A DNA stretch of 64,000 nucleotides from Utricularia gibba (Eukaryota > Plantae > Magnoliophyta): contig NEEC01000019.1 of the NCBI GenBank assembly GCA_002189035.1, forward strand, positions 2,046,001 through 2,110,000, in the 5' to 3' direction. Positions 11,253-22,211 of this stretch are shown in pieces (the first letter of the stretch is position 1; each line of letters starts with the position of its first letter). A program made the position numbers and the translations under genes. The notes under the pieces were generated by a model, which was not told the origin of the DNA, ran no database searches, and worked only from the letters and a program-made list of their open reading frames with translations.

Positions 11253-12744
11253 GAGGATGGGATCTGAGCAGGAGGCTGTAGCTACTCCAGGAATGGGAAT
11301 GGGAGCCCCGGTTCCCTTCCGCAGCCCATATGCGTGTGTGTGTATTAATTTTAGGGATAAGGCTAATCAGCTGGGCTGACGCATCAGCATCATCACAGCG
11401 GGAAAACCTTACAAGAAACGCTCCATGCTTCTTCTTCTTCTCCACCATAGTCAAGTCAATGCTCTTGGTCTCATCCCCATCTATTAACTGGCTCATAGAC
11501 CATCACATGTTGGAGTTAATTTGCATCTAGCAGAGCAGGGCAGAGCTGGTTGGAGAGATCATAAAGATCCTTTTTTTAATTGTTTGATTGTTGAGGAGTG
11601 ATGACAGTTATCATTATCGTCCATGGTCCTCATATTTACAGATACTATATATTGTGTATTAGATGAAATAAAAAGTAAATTTAATGAAAAGATAGTTAAA
11701 TTGCTCAAACTATGTTTAGATTTGTGCTCCAAAGATGTTTATGAATGATGTGATTTCTTCAAAATTTATCGATTAATTAAAAAGTTATATCCAAATTAAT
11801 AAAAAATACATTTTAAATACATACTATGATGTATTCAGTGTACCCAAAGATTTTTTTCTGTTATATTAAACAAAGTTTATGAATGAATCCGATGAAAGAT
11901 GGAGAAGACCAAGTGAGGATTCCTCCGACTCGTGTTGTTGGCGTTGCAGATGGAATCCGGTGATGAGGAGAGTGTTGCGTTGTGGGGGTCATTTATCTCA
12001 AAGCCCAACCGCAGGCCCATCTGAAAGAGGCCCTTTTTAAAATAATACACAAATATCTCAGCCTCTTTCAAGAGAAATAAATACTCCACCCTCCACCTTT
12101 CATATCCACTAGTACAAAAAGGCACAATAAAATAACAAAATGTGTCCACAGACAGCAAAGGTGCAACCGAATCAATCCTGTGTGTGTGTGGTATATTCTT
12201 TCGAGTGAGCAAATTGGAAATGTTTCATCCTTCCTATGCAACATAAAAGAAAATGAATACACTATGCTAATGATGATGCTTTTTTACAAGGATGATGATA
12301 ATTTGAAGTTATATAAGTTTTGAGGTTGAAATAAAAATGATGCTTCTCGTTTTTGTCCTCCTGGTCCATTCACAAAAATTGCCCCTCAAATGTACTAAAT
12401 GTCAATCTTGCTAACCAGGCAGGCAGGCTACTTCGGTCTCTTGAAGGGCGGCGGGATTTTACTTTATAAAATCATCATCGATTATCTACTGCAGCCCAAA
12501 AATAAATAAACAATGGAATTATTAATCCACATGTGCGAAGGCACGAGGGAATTATTTATTGTCAGCCATCGCATCGCATCCATGATTGGGTGGAGGGAGG
12601 GTTTATCTTGAAGTTTCTTCTGGTTCGTTCCGGACGTTAAATCATGGGCAAGTGCGACCCTGGCGATAGATAACCTTTCGCAAATCAGGGATTGGCGTGA
12701 GATCAGGTATAAAATTTACTGGGCTGGGAATCTGTTGAGAATCC

Positions 12745-12778
12745 ATCCGATCCGATCCGATCCGATCCAATCCAATCC
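12745..12778. repeat. Pentamer microsatellite (ATCCG/ATCCA)n
   Basis: atccgatccgatccgatccgatccaatccaatcc read directly. Confidence 0.8.
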
Positions 12779-13837
12779 TTGAGATTTGACGGACGCTCTC
12801 GATTCACCAAACCCACTCTTTTTTTGTTAGACACATGAGCCACAAATGTGTGTCCGTCCTCCCACGAGTCTTTCCTAGACTTTTCAACGTGTCCCCTCCC
12901 CTTGGCTAGGCTTGGCTAGCGTGAGTGGAGATGGAGAATGGGAAAACTCACTTTTTTTATTTTACCAGGAGTTGGTAGTTTTCAGCATCAATTTTGGTTG
13001 GCTGCAGTAAATGGAGTAGGTTCCTCGCCAAACCTTTTCAGCATCCGATACATGGGGATGGGATGGGATCAAATGGATTCCCCCTTGGTGTGGAAGTGGA
13101 TGCTTTCTTTCTTACACAGGACAGGACAGGACAGAACAGGGTAACTCAATTTAGACACCCACAAGTCAAGTGTATTTGGAGTAGCTTCACCAATTGGTAT
13201 AGGGAATTGCCAGTGGACTCCGAGTAGGAAAAAAGGATCGTTGAACAGCAATCAGGAGGGCGATTAGACAGCGGATCCGACTGCGAAAAAGAAATCACGC
13301 TTGCTTTTTTCACGGGGGCGACACGACATTAGAAATCAAGGATCCACAAACCCAACACCGTAAATAGTAATAACCTGAGCGCAAGTTGGAGGGAGAGCTG
13401 GAAGTAAAAAAAAAAAAAAAAAAAAGCGATGGATGGGATGGGTTGACGCACCTGGGTAAATAAATAAATAAATAATTAGCTGGAGGGAGGGAGAAAGTTA
13501 CGGCAGGGATTTGGTTGCTAGTCCAGTCCAGTAAATACATCCATCAACAGCGACTAGCAGCTACCCCAAAATTATTGTTGCTCCTCCGATCCGGCCAACA
13601 CATCTATCTATTTTCCGAATCACTGTGATTTTGCAAATACTTGCAAGTAAAGGGAGCACAAAACAAAATAACATTTAATTGGGTAGTTTCGCATGACACC
13701 TCCGACGAGTGACAACCAGCCGGGCCATGCCATGCCATGCCATTATAGCAAGAATAAAAACATATGTAGGTTTGGTTCTGTGTGTGTCTCTCTCTCTCAC
13801 TCACTGTTGCTGCTGTACATTTGCCATTTGGGGACGA

Positions 13838-15338
13838 TCACATGACGGAGCATCCACTCGCGGTTTCCTCGCTCAACATCCCATCGTTGACATGGCCGGC
13901 TATGCCCGGCATCCCACGTACCGGATACGGATACCCCTGGTTTGGATACCCATGAGCTGGATGTTGATTGTGGCTGTAGTAACCCTGCTCCGGGTGGACG
14001 TACGTCACTGGCGGGGCCGGCGGCGGCGGAGCGTACTGCGTTGCCTGGATGGAGGTATTAAACCTCGGGTTGTACGGCATCGCGTAGTACGTGAAGGGGC
14101 TGCTGTAACCAGAATACGCCATTTTACTCATCTCCGCCTTTCTTCCTTTCTTGTCTCCTCCTCCTTCCTCCTCCTCATCTTCGTCTTCTTCTTCTTCTTC
14201 TTCTTCCTCCTCCTCCTCCTCGCCATCCCCTCCTCCTCTTCTGCGCCGCCTCTCTTATCCTCCGCCTTCTCTCCACCGCCCTCGTCTTTCTTCGGCGGAG
14301 GAACAATCTCAACGGGCCTTTTAAGCTTCTCCTCTAAGAACGAGGCCACTTCGTTCGGGTCCATTGTCCCCGTCACTGTGACCGAATTGTTCTCCAGATC
14401 AGGTGTTACCTTACTAACACCTGTTTTCAGAAACGAAGTCAGCCGGCAACCTTGTCATAGAGTCTTTACACCACGAAATCCACTCGTTAGCGCGAGGTAT
14501 ATACAGTTTCGTTACCGTAAAAGTTCTTGTAAATGGTGCGCTTGATCTTGCGAGCGCATCCTTGGCAGTGGAGTCTTATCATGTAGACTACGGTAGTGCT
14601 CACCGGCGGCTGAGCAAAAAATAATAAACAAACGGGAGTCACTGAAATGTTGTTTGAATAAGTGCGAAAATAAAGTACCTCTTTGGGTTTCTCCGCCGGC
14701 TTCTCCTCTGTTTTCTTCTCGGCGGCTTTCTTCTCTCCGCCGCCCAGCGGCGAGATGAGCACCACCGGCTTCCGGGTTTTGGCCTCGAGCTTCTCCCTGA
14801 CAGACTCTGGATCGACATTTCCGGTCACAATCAGCACGTTTTCCGCCGCGTTAGCCTTGGCATAATTGACACCTAACAAGAATCGGTCCAAAAGCAGCTG
14901 TCTCAAACAACTTGATTTCAAGTGTAATCAGAAGTGAGAACAACCCGTAACTAATAGCCTTCTCTGATTTAGACTAATCCTGCTACAGAATTTCGAATCA
15001 CCTTCAAAATTGGAAACGGCTCTTTGGACTTTCCGGGCGCATCCTTCACAGTGTAAATCAAGCTTCAAGACAACGACGATGGGCGCATCTTCCTTGTTCT
15101 TCTTCTTCTCCTCTTCACCTTCTTCGGCCTTGTCTTCAGCTTCCTTCGCCGACGCTACCCCCTCGTCGTCGTCTTCTTCTTCTTCTTCTTCTTCTTCTTC
15201 TTCCTCCCCTGATTCCTCTTCTACGCCTTGAGCGGCGACCTTCTTCTCTTCTTCAACTTTCTGAAAAAACAGAGCAACTGGAATCAAGCGGATGGAGTTA
15301 AATTGGCTTACAGAAGCTGAATCAGGTACCTCCCCCAT
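13838..15338 (-). CDS. Heavy-metal-associated isoprenylated plant protein (HIPP, two HMA domains); one apparent -1 frameshift at 14227-14230
   Basis: Exons 15338-15330, 15260-15002, 14872-14679, 14609-14516, 14420-13838. HMA motifs LHCEGC and LHCQGC, poly-Glu tracts, Pro/Tyr-rich tail, C-terminal CaaX motif CSVM*. Confidence 0.9.
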
Positions 15339-16788
15339 GGTGGTACAACTTCAGCCTGCGGAAGGGCGAGAGATAGCAGCGCAGCAGCCGGGGGGCGGGG
15401 GCTTGCGAACACGTGTCGAGGGGGATAAGCAAGCCGTGGCATCAATTATATACACAAATACCCGGAATTTCTCGCAGGTGAAAACAAACCGGCATCGTGA
15501 TCGTCGGTGATGTCAGTAGGGGCCCACCACGAAGGGAAGGGAAGGGAAGAATAAGCCACAAGTTAAAAAAATGTGTATAAATCCCTTCCCTTGGTAGAGA
15601 AGAGCAGAGCAGAGCGCGATGTTTATTTGATCTACGCTAAATCGTGTTGCGTTTTTATAATCCGTGAGAGTTGGTTCATTTATTGGATCGGAATTTTGTA
15701 GTCCAAAGTGCCGATGAATTGAATATGCATGATTGCATCTCCATCCAAAACGGCTTTAAAAATCATTATCTCGGATACAGTTTTTTTAAAATTAATGGCA
15801 TAATCATAGGGCATGTTGGTTCATCCGGGTATAGGTTATATTTTGTGTTGTTTGATGCAAAAGACTTCTGTATAAAGAAAATATTTACTTTCAACTAAAC
15901 CTTTTTTCTTTTCTTTTCTTTTGTTTTCCAGAATTATTTGAAGGGTGGGTAAGGTCTTGTGTGCACCTCATATTCCAAAAGGCTTGGCCTTGGAGATATG
16001 CCATCCCACATGAAAATGTAATGTAATTATTTGGTGAGTCGGTTTCGATGGATGGAGAAATGGGCACATGGCTTCCTTTGTCTCCGTGCACTCCATGTGG
16101 ACCACCGGTGAGGTGAGGAAAGGAGGTGGAGGAGCCGGGGCTGGACTCTGGTCGGGGTCCCCTTCACGTTCCATCGCCATTTCACCTATTCACCGGACCG
16201 GGCCGGCCCGGACACTCAGCAATATATTTATTTACCCAACCCCCCCTCTATTCTATCCTCGTTTTATGTTCTTGTGTGTTTCGGATTTGAGGATGAGGGA
16301 AGGGAATGAATTATTGCAGTTGAGGTGGTGACTGGGGCCGGCCATGTCGCCCGCCTCAATTATTTGGATGCCCCCAACGCAAAAACAATGTTATCACGAC
16401 AGCCATCATCATAATTTCTGGGTTGCCAATAATCACCCTTGTAATGATGCCGCCTGACAGCGAAAGGCAAACGCCGGGCCGGGCCGGGCCGGGCCACACC
16501 CCTCCCTTGTTCGATCAATAGTCGCGTGCGTGTTAACGACTTGACTTCGGGGACCAGCCCGCTTTCGAAAAGAAGGCCCATTTCCAAGCTGTGAAGCCCA
16601 ATGAGCGGGAATTTCCTTCTGGTCACACCACCACCAAAAACATATGGACGCCACCCACATCCGTCCGTATCCACCCACCGTAGACCTCTCATAATCCTAA
16701 TTCTTATCTCAATTTTCAAGAAATTCTTCCCCCTTGAAAACCCCGTCGTTGAACAACAAGCACCTTCGGTTGAGGATTTGCTGGGATA

Positions 16789-17569
16789 ATGTCCAAGAAA
16801 GGGGTTGCTGCCCTGCAACAAGATGTTCCATGGAGGGCTTCCTCCGGTCCCAAGCCTATACCCAAGATTCATCACTCTCCGATACTCCGCGTCCCTCAGA
16901 ACCCCCACTCCAACTACGCCATATCCGTTATGAAGGTATGTCGTTTCTCAACCGCTCATTTGAATTTTGGGGGTTTGTGTTAGGCGTCGACCCTCATTTC
17001 GGAGTCATGCTTCTTCTTGCGCAAAGATACCTGCTTTATCATCTTCATATGTTGGATTGCTGTGCATGTAGAATTTTGCGCCAAGGGTGAATTTTATGTT
17101 TCGGAATTTTGATGGTTATTGACTAGCTCTTTTCTTGTTGAACTTCCAGCATGCGGATCCTATTGGAAGTGGCCTGGGGAAAGAAGCGGTTATTGAAGCA
17201 GCAGGGCCAGATTGCATTGTGCCAGGGCAAGCTGCTCCTATCAAGTTACTTGGTCTTAAGGTGACCTTTCAGTTTCCTTTTTATGGCACGTCTGGTTCGC
17301 AAATTTCGAATTTGAATGTGCTCTGTGTTAATTAATACGTCCTCAAGGTATGGCCTATTGAAATGAACTTGAAGTTTATGGAACCTGTTGGTCGGGAGCT
17401 CAAATCCATTGGAAGGGTATACCCTCTGTCTTCAAACGTCGGGTATTCTGAGATTCCAAACCCTCAAAAAGTAGTAGTAGTTTCATCTTCTGTTTTTTTT
17501 TTCTTTTGCGGATGACAGATCATGGATTCAGCTGTGGAGCTTATGAACAAATCATTTATTGATCCCTGA
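16789..17569 (+). CDS. 125-aa uncharacterised plant protein, 4 exons
   Basis: Exons 16789-16935, 17150-17260, 17348-17416, 17519-17569 (all phase 0, GT-AG) give MSKKGVAALQQDVPWRASSGPKPIPKIHHSPILRVPQNPHSNYAISVMK-HADPIGSGLGKEAVIEAAGPDCIVPGQAAPIKLLGLK-VWPIEMNLKFMEPVGRELKSIGR-IMDSAVELMNKSFIDP*. Confidence 0.8.
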
Positions 17570-18034
17570 CATGGTTGTCTGGACACCCTGCTTGCCATTT
17601 CGTTGGTAAGTTTCTCGGAGTTGTAATGAAACGAGGTTAGTTAGAATACAAAAGGATGCCATGGTGTTCTTGTAAGGAGTGGAGTAACGACCTATTCTGT
17701 GAGGAGATACCTGTTGTTTGAATAATGAAATTCCTTCTCGCTTTTCCTGCAGTAGTTTTTCTTTGACTGTAATGAGCAGTTTGCTATGGAAACTGCTCAT
17801 CTGTAACATGGGAATTGCTTGAAAGAATTCGGAGAATTACGAAATATCAAGGAAATCAGTATTGAATGAAATTTACATTTATTACAAGGTATCAGCTTCT
17901 CGCGCTGGACTTGATAATTTATCTGAGTTACAAACTTTCTTATTCATGTACAACTGTATAGGAATTGATTTCAAGTCTTCGCGCAAGAGAAGCAACACGT
18001 TCATTCAACCATGTATAATGATTTCAAGCACTTC

Positions 18035-19126
18035 TTACTCGCAGCAACCACGGCTCTGAGTTGGGTTCTGTTCTTGGTTGGGTCTGAGTATGTTCCTCTT
18101 AACACTTAATCCTTCTTCAACAAGACTTGGCACCTCCAGTATCTGCAAAGAGCAGCATATGGATGATAGCATGTGAGGCGTCTCTATGTGAAGCTAGTCG
18201 GTTTTCCATCACAGATTTCCTAGTTTTTCTTTTCTTCGTACTACGAGGCAAGCATGTGTGTACCTTGAGGGCAAGCTGTTCGAAGCAGTGGTCGACGTTC
18301 ATGCGTGTTCTTGCGCTGCTTTCGAAGAACAGACATCCGAGCTCCTCGGCCAGGGACTGCCCCGCCTCTCGAGGCACAACTCGTTCAGATTCCTGAAACA
18401 CAACGACTCCCATGGTCGACAATTTTGCGGGTGAACATCAAAGAACAGGTACGCAAACCAACCATGTCAACTTTGTTTCCAACAAGCATCCTGACGCATT
18501 CCTTTTCTGTGGAGTACAGTTCCACTTCTCTTGCCCAAATTTCAGATACGTTTACAAATGTGTCTCTCCTAGTAACATCATAAACTGCCACACAACAAGT
18601 CGAACATCACCAGATATTTCCAAGGAGATGGAGTAAAAGGAATTTCTCTTCTTACCCAGGATGATCCCGTGTGCTCCTCTGTAGTATGAGCTTGTTAATG
18701 TTCTAAACCGCTCTTGCCCAGCTGCCATATGATTTGAAGTAAAAGCCGTTAGCCTTTGTTCATAAACAAAAAACCTCTAAAGTTCATCACTTATCCAGAT
18801 GACAAAACCCACCAGTATCCCAAATTGCGAGCTTCAAACGTTTCTCTCCTACTGTAAGAAACTTGATCTTAAAGTCCACACCTTCAGTAAAAAAAGAAAC
18901 ACAATTGGTCAGATGGAATACAGATCCCACTCACATTGGTGATATCGTACTCCCACAAATCAAGAAAAGGCGGATGATGTATATTACCAATGGTTGGAGC
19001 AGGTTCTTCAGCCCCGTTGGAATCGAAAGTGACGAGAAGGGTACTCTTTCCGACGCCAGAATCACCAATCAGCAAGATTTTGAACGACAAATCGTACTCG
19101 CTGGGTTCCACGCCGGAACTACCCAT
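18035..19126 (-). CDS. RABC2: Rab18-type small GTPase, RABC2 subclass, 6 exons
   Basis: Exons 19126-18988, 18881-18813, 18721-18656, 18584-18463, 18392-18264, 18142-18035. Motifs [60 protein letters not shown] and a C-terminal GCCE prenylation site. Confidence 0.93.
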
Positions 19127-20061
19127 TCGTCCACTTTATTCAAAACGAGACTTGTAAATCGCGATTGGAAGACGAGCAAATCAAGAAGGTCCTGTTGGAC
19201 GTAGAGGCACATTGCTTGTATTGTACGAGAAGAATGGTGGTTGTATGACATGCAAACGTGATTCCTTCCTTCGCCTTCAGTGCGGAAATTCTCATTGCAC
19301 ACACCACTTTTATGATGCCAAGTGCCGGAGCACAAATTTGAAAATACACCGATGCAAACTTCATTCCTTCCTTCGCCCTCAAATTATAGACTAGAATCGG
19401 ATTGCAATCCGATTTTATAGAAATTTGATTATCATTATCTTAACTCAATTATTAAATAATATTTTTATAAAATTATTAAATTATACTAGAAAATATTAAA
19501 ATAATTTCAATAAATTAAAATTATTATATAACTTTTATCAGCTCTAATGATTTATAAAAAAATAACATAATGTGTAAAATGAATTTAAATCAAATAACAA
19601 TACAGAAATCAATAAACTCATTTTTTTTTTACAAAAGAAACCTTAAATTAATTTAAGTGGTATGTTATACAAATCCCAAATATTGACCTAATGATGAATT
19701 GAAAATTTGAAAATATAGTATAAATAAAATTTTTTCTATCAAATAAATTTATAAATTAAATTATATTTTATCATAAAATAAGTACGAACATAATTGACTA
19801 TAGTCGAATATAAGAAACTTGATTTGTAAAATAATAACTTTAAATAAAATATAATCTCGAAATTGCTATGGAGCTTTTGTTATTTTAATTGCAATATGGC
19901 GATCGTTTCCATGGTGAGGGGGATTAGGCCAACCTTAGAAACAATTTTATATTATAAATAATATGCAACTTGTGTGAAAGCTGAAACTCAACCGATAGAT
20001 GAGGGCGGGACGTTTCTGGAGGGGAGCGGGAGCCGTAGTTTCTTCTGGGCCCTCCCGGCCC

Positions 20062-21555
20062 TCACTCATTGTTGTTCTTCATCGGGTGCTCCTCATACCG
20101 GAAATCTGTAACGTCTTCAATCAACGCCGTCATGTTGTTGTACGATGAGCCTCCTCTCTGCGTTGCCATTCTCGCCAATTTTCCAAGCTTTCGAGCTCGT
20201 TCTCTTCTCTCCCTCGCTTCTCCCCTTCTTCGTCCATAATATCTTCAATCACCTTCCTGATCTCATCGCTTCTTACTTGCAGTGGGACTCCAGTTTCCTC
20301 CCTCCGAAACCTAGCGGAACTTCAATCCCGCCTCTTATTCCTGTCTTGATCACATTCACAATCAGTTTTTCATTGCAGAACTGCTCCGCCAGCACCGGCC
20401 ACGTTATCATCGGCAATCCGGCGCTGATTCCTTCAATCGACGAATTCCATCCGCAGTGAGTGAGGAAGCACCCCACTGAAGGATGAGAAAGGATTAAGAC
20501 TTGGGTGCCCATCCTTTGACCAGGACACCTCTATCTTTGACTCTCTCCTCGTAGTTTTCGTCCAAGAGCCACTTTTTGAATTGCTCTGTTGGATCTCGTA
20601 TGACCCAGATGAAAGGGCGGTTTGATGATTCTAACCCTAGCCCTAGTTCCACCATCTGCGTTGTTGGAAGCTTCGCTAAGCTTCCGAGACAAACATATAT
20701 AACAGAGGATGGATTTCGAGAATCAAGCCATGTAAAGATTTGTCTTTTGCTTACGGAAGCTTTATTGCCCCTTAATTCCTTATCGGATTCATCTTTGTTG
20801 CAAAGAGATACTGGTCCAATACTCCAGATTTTCTTGCCTTTCAGCTTCCGGTACAACTTGATGTATTCCGGTTCAAGCTCTTCGAAAGTGTTCACAATTG
20901 TTCCAAATGAATCCTCATCATCCCGTCTCATTTCTTCTCTAACTTTAAGCCATCCGGGAGCCTCAACCTCCTCAGCAGTACCTCTAATCTGAGCTTTTGT
21001 CATTTCTATTCTGTCAGGGAAATTTGGAATGGCGAAGTACTCCATGTCTGAAGCAAAATCTTTGTATTCCCTTGAAGCCGTCACCACGAAATAGCAGAGA
21101 AGAGAAAAGCAGCAGAAACCATGAAATAGGATTCTGGGAATTTGCAAATTACGAGCAACTGTGGACCCCCAAGTGAACACCATATCAGCTATCAAGCAGC
21201 TAGGGCGTGGATCAAGTTGATACAGCAAATCTTGAACCTGATCTTTGAGCATGTGAATGGCTTTGAAGAACTTCAAAGCGTCTTCAGTTGAGGAAACCAT
21301 ATCGAAATTCTCACACCCTTCTTGCAACCCGGCTTCCACTGCTGGAAAATTCAAGTACACGACGCGAATGGTTGAACCAGAAGAAAGAACAGCACGATCA
21401 ATAAAAGGTTTCACTCTGTCTGCGTTTTTGGGTGTGAGCAAAATGGTGACCATGGAGTTGAAGTTCGCTAGTAGTCTAGAGATATCAACCATGGGAATCA
21501 TGTGGCCATGCGCCATGAAAGGAAGAAGCACAAAGTGAGGAGAATGATTCTCCAT
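20062..21555 (-). CDS. UDP-glycosyltransferase family 73 (UGT73C-like), intronless; three apparent -1 frameshifts in the 3' part
   Basis: [24 protein letters not shown]..., [12 protein letters not shown]; PSPG box WAP|[41 protein letters not shown]; C-terminus [29 protein letters not shown]...NNE*. Frame breaks at about 20503-20505, 20300-20302 and 20222-20225. Confidence 0.9.
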
Positions 21556-22211
21556 TGACTGCAATGAAGTTCAGTTTGTATTTCTTTTTGGTGGCTGGCC
21601 GTCTATTTATTTGTGCAAATAGTTCTAGAAAGCATTGCATAGCATACTGTGATGTCACGGCATATGGCAGCCGATTTGGAACCATATAATTTCGGGCATG
21701 AAATAGGGACCACTAGACAGGCACTTGGATTTGGCTGATTAAAAGATCACGAGTGTTGGCATTGTGAGGGATAGCTGAAAAATTGTGCAAGGAAGTGAAG
21801 GCGAGATCATTGGAAGTTTCTTCTGTGATCGCTCGAGGCATTCAAAAGCTCATTGCTTCCTGTATGGAGGAAGTGCTCTCAACGTAGAAGAATCAAAATT
21901 GACATCTTTTTGACAGAAAGCGTGTGTTACCTTATCTTTGTGATGCTGAATTCATGCAACAAGGCACGCAAAAAGGTGTGGGGGCCAGGGGAGGCCGAAG
22001 ACTTGCTGTTCTTCTGGACTAAAAAAAATAGAAAATCTTCTACGTGCCACAAAGACAACCAGATGGGGAAATTTCTTCTTTGGAACCTCTTGTTACTTGC
22101 ACAGGAACTTGGGTGACACGCAACTTGGGAGCCACACTTTCTCCGGTTTCTACCCATCTATAAACAAGCTCTCCATAACTTCATCGTCTCAAGCTCACAC
22201 ACTGCCCTCCA

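Noticed and set aside
10057-11379. Antisense or overlapping ORFs in the ORF track over real genes (also at 13709-14545, 20576-20992, 48204-48764, 54629-55159)
   Set aside because: Shadow frames of GC-richer or repeat-containing coding sequence with no independent domain evidence.
11878-12042. Short ORF MNESDERWRRPSEDSSDSCCW..., considered as a DVL/RTFL peptide
   Set aside because: Lacks the RTFL core (EQ.ARFYI.RRC..ML.CW).
16003-16013. snRNA upstream sequence element-like ATCCCACATG
   Set aside because: Mismatched to RTCCCACATCG, with no correctly spaced TATA box or snRNA body.
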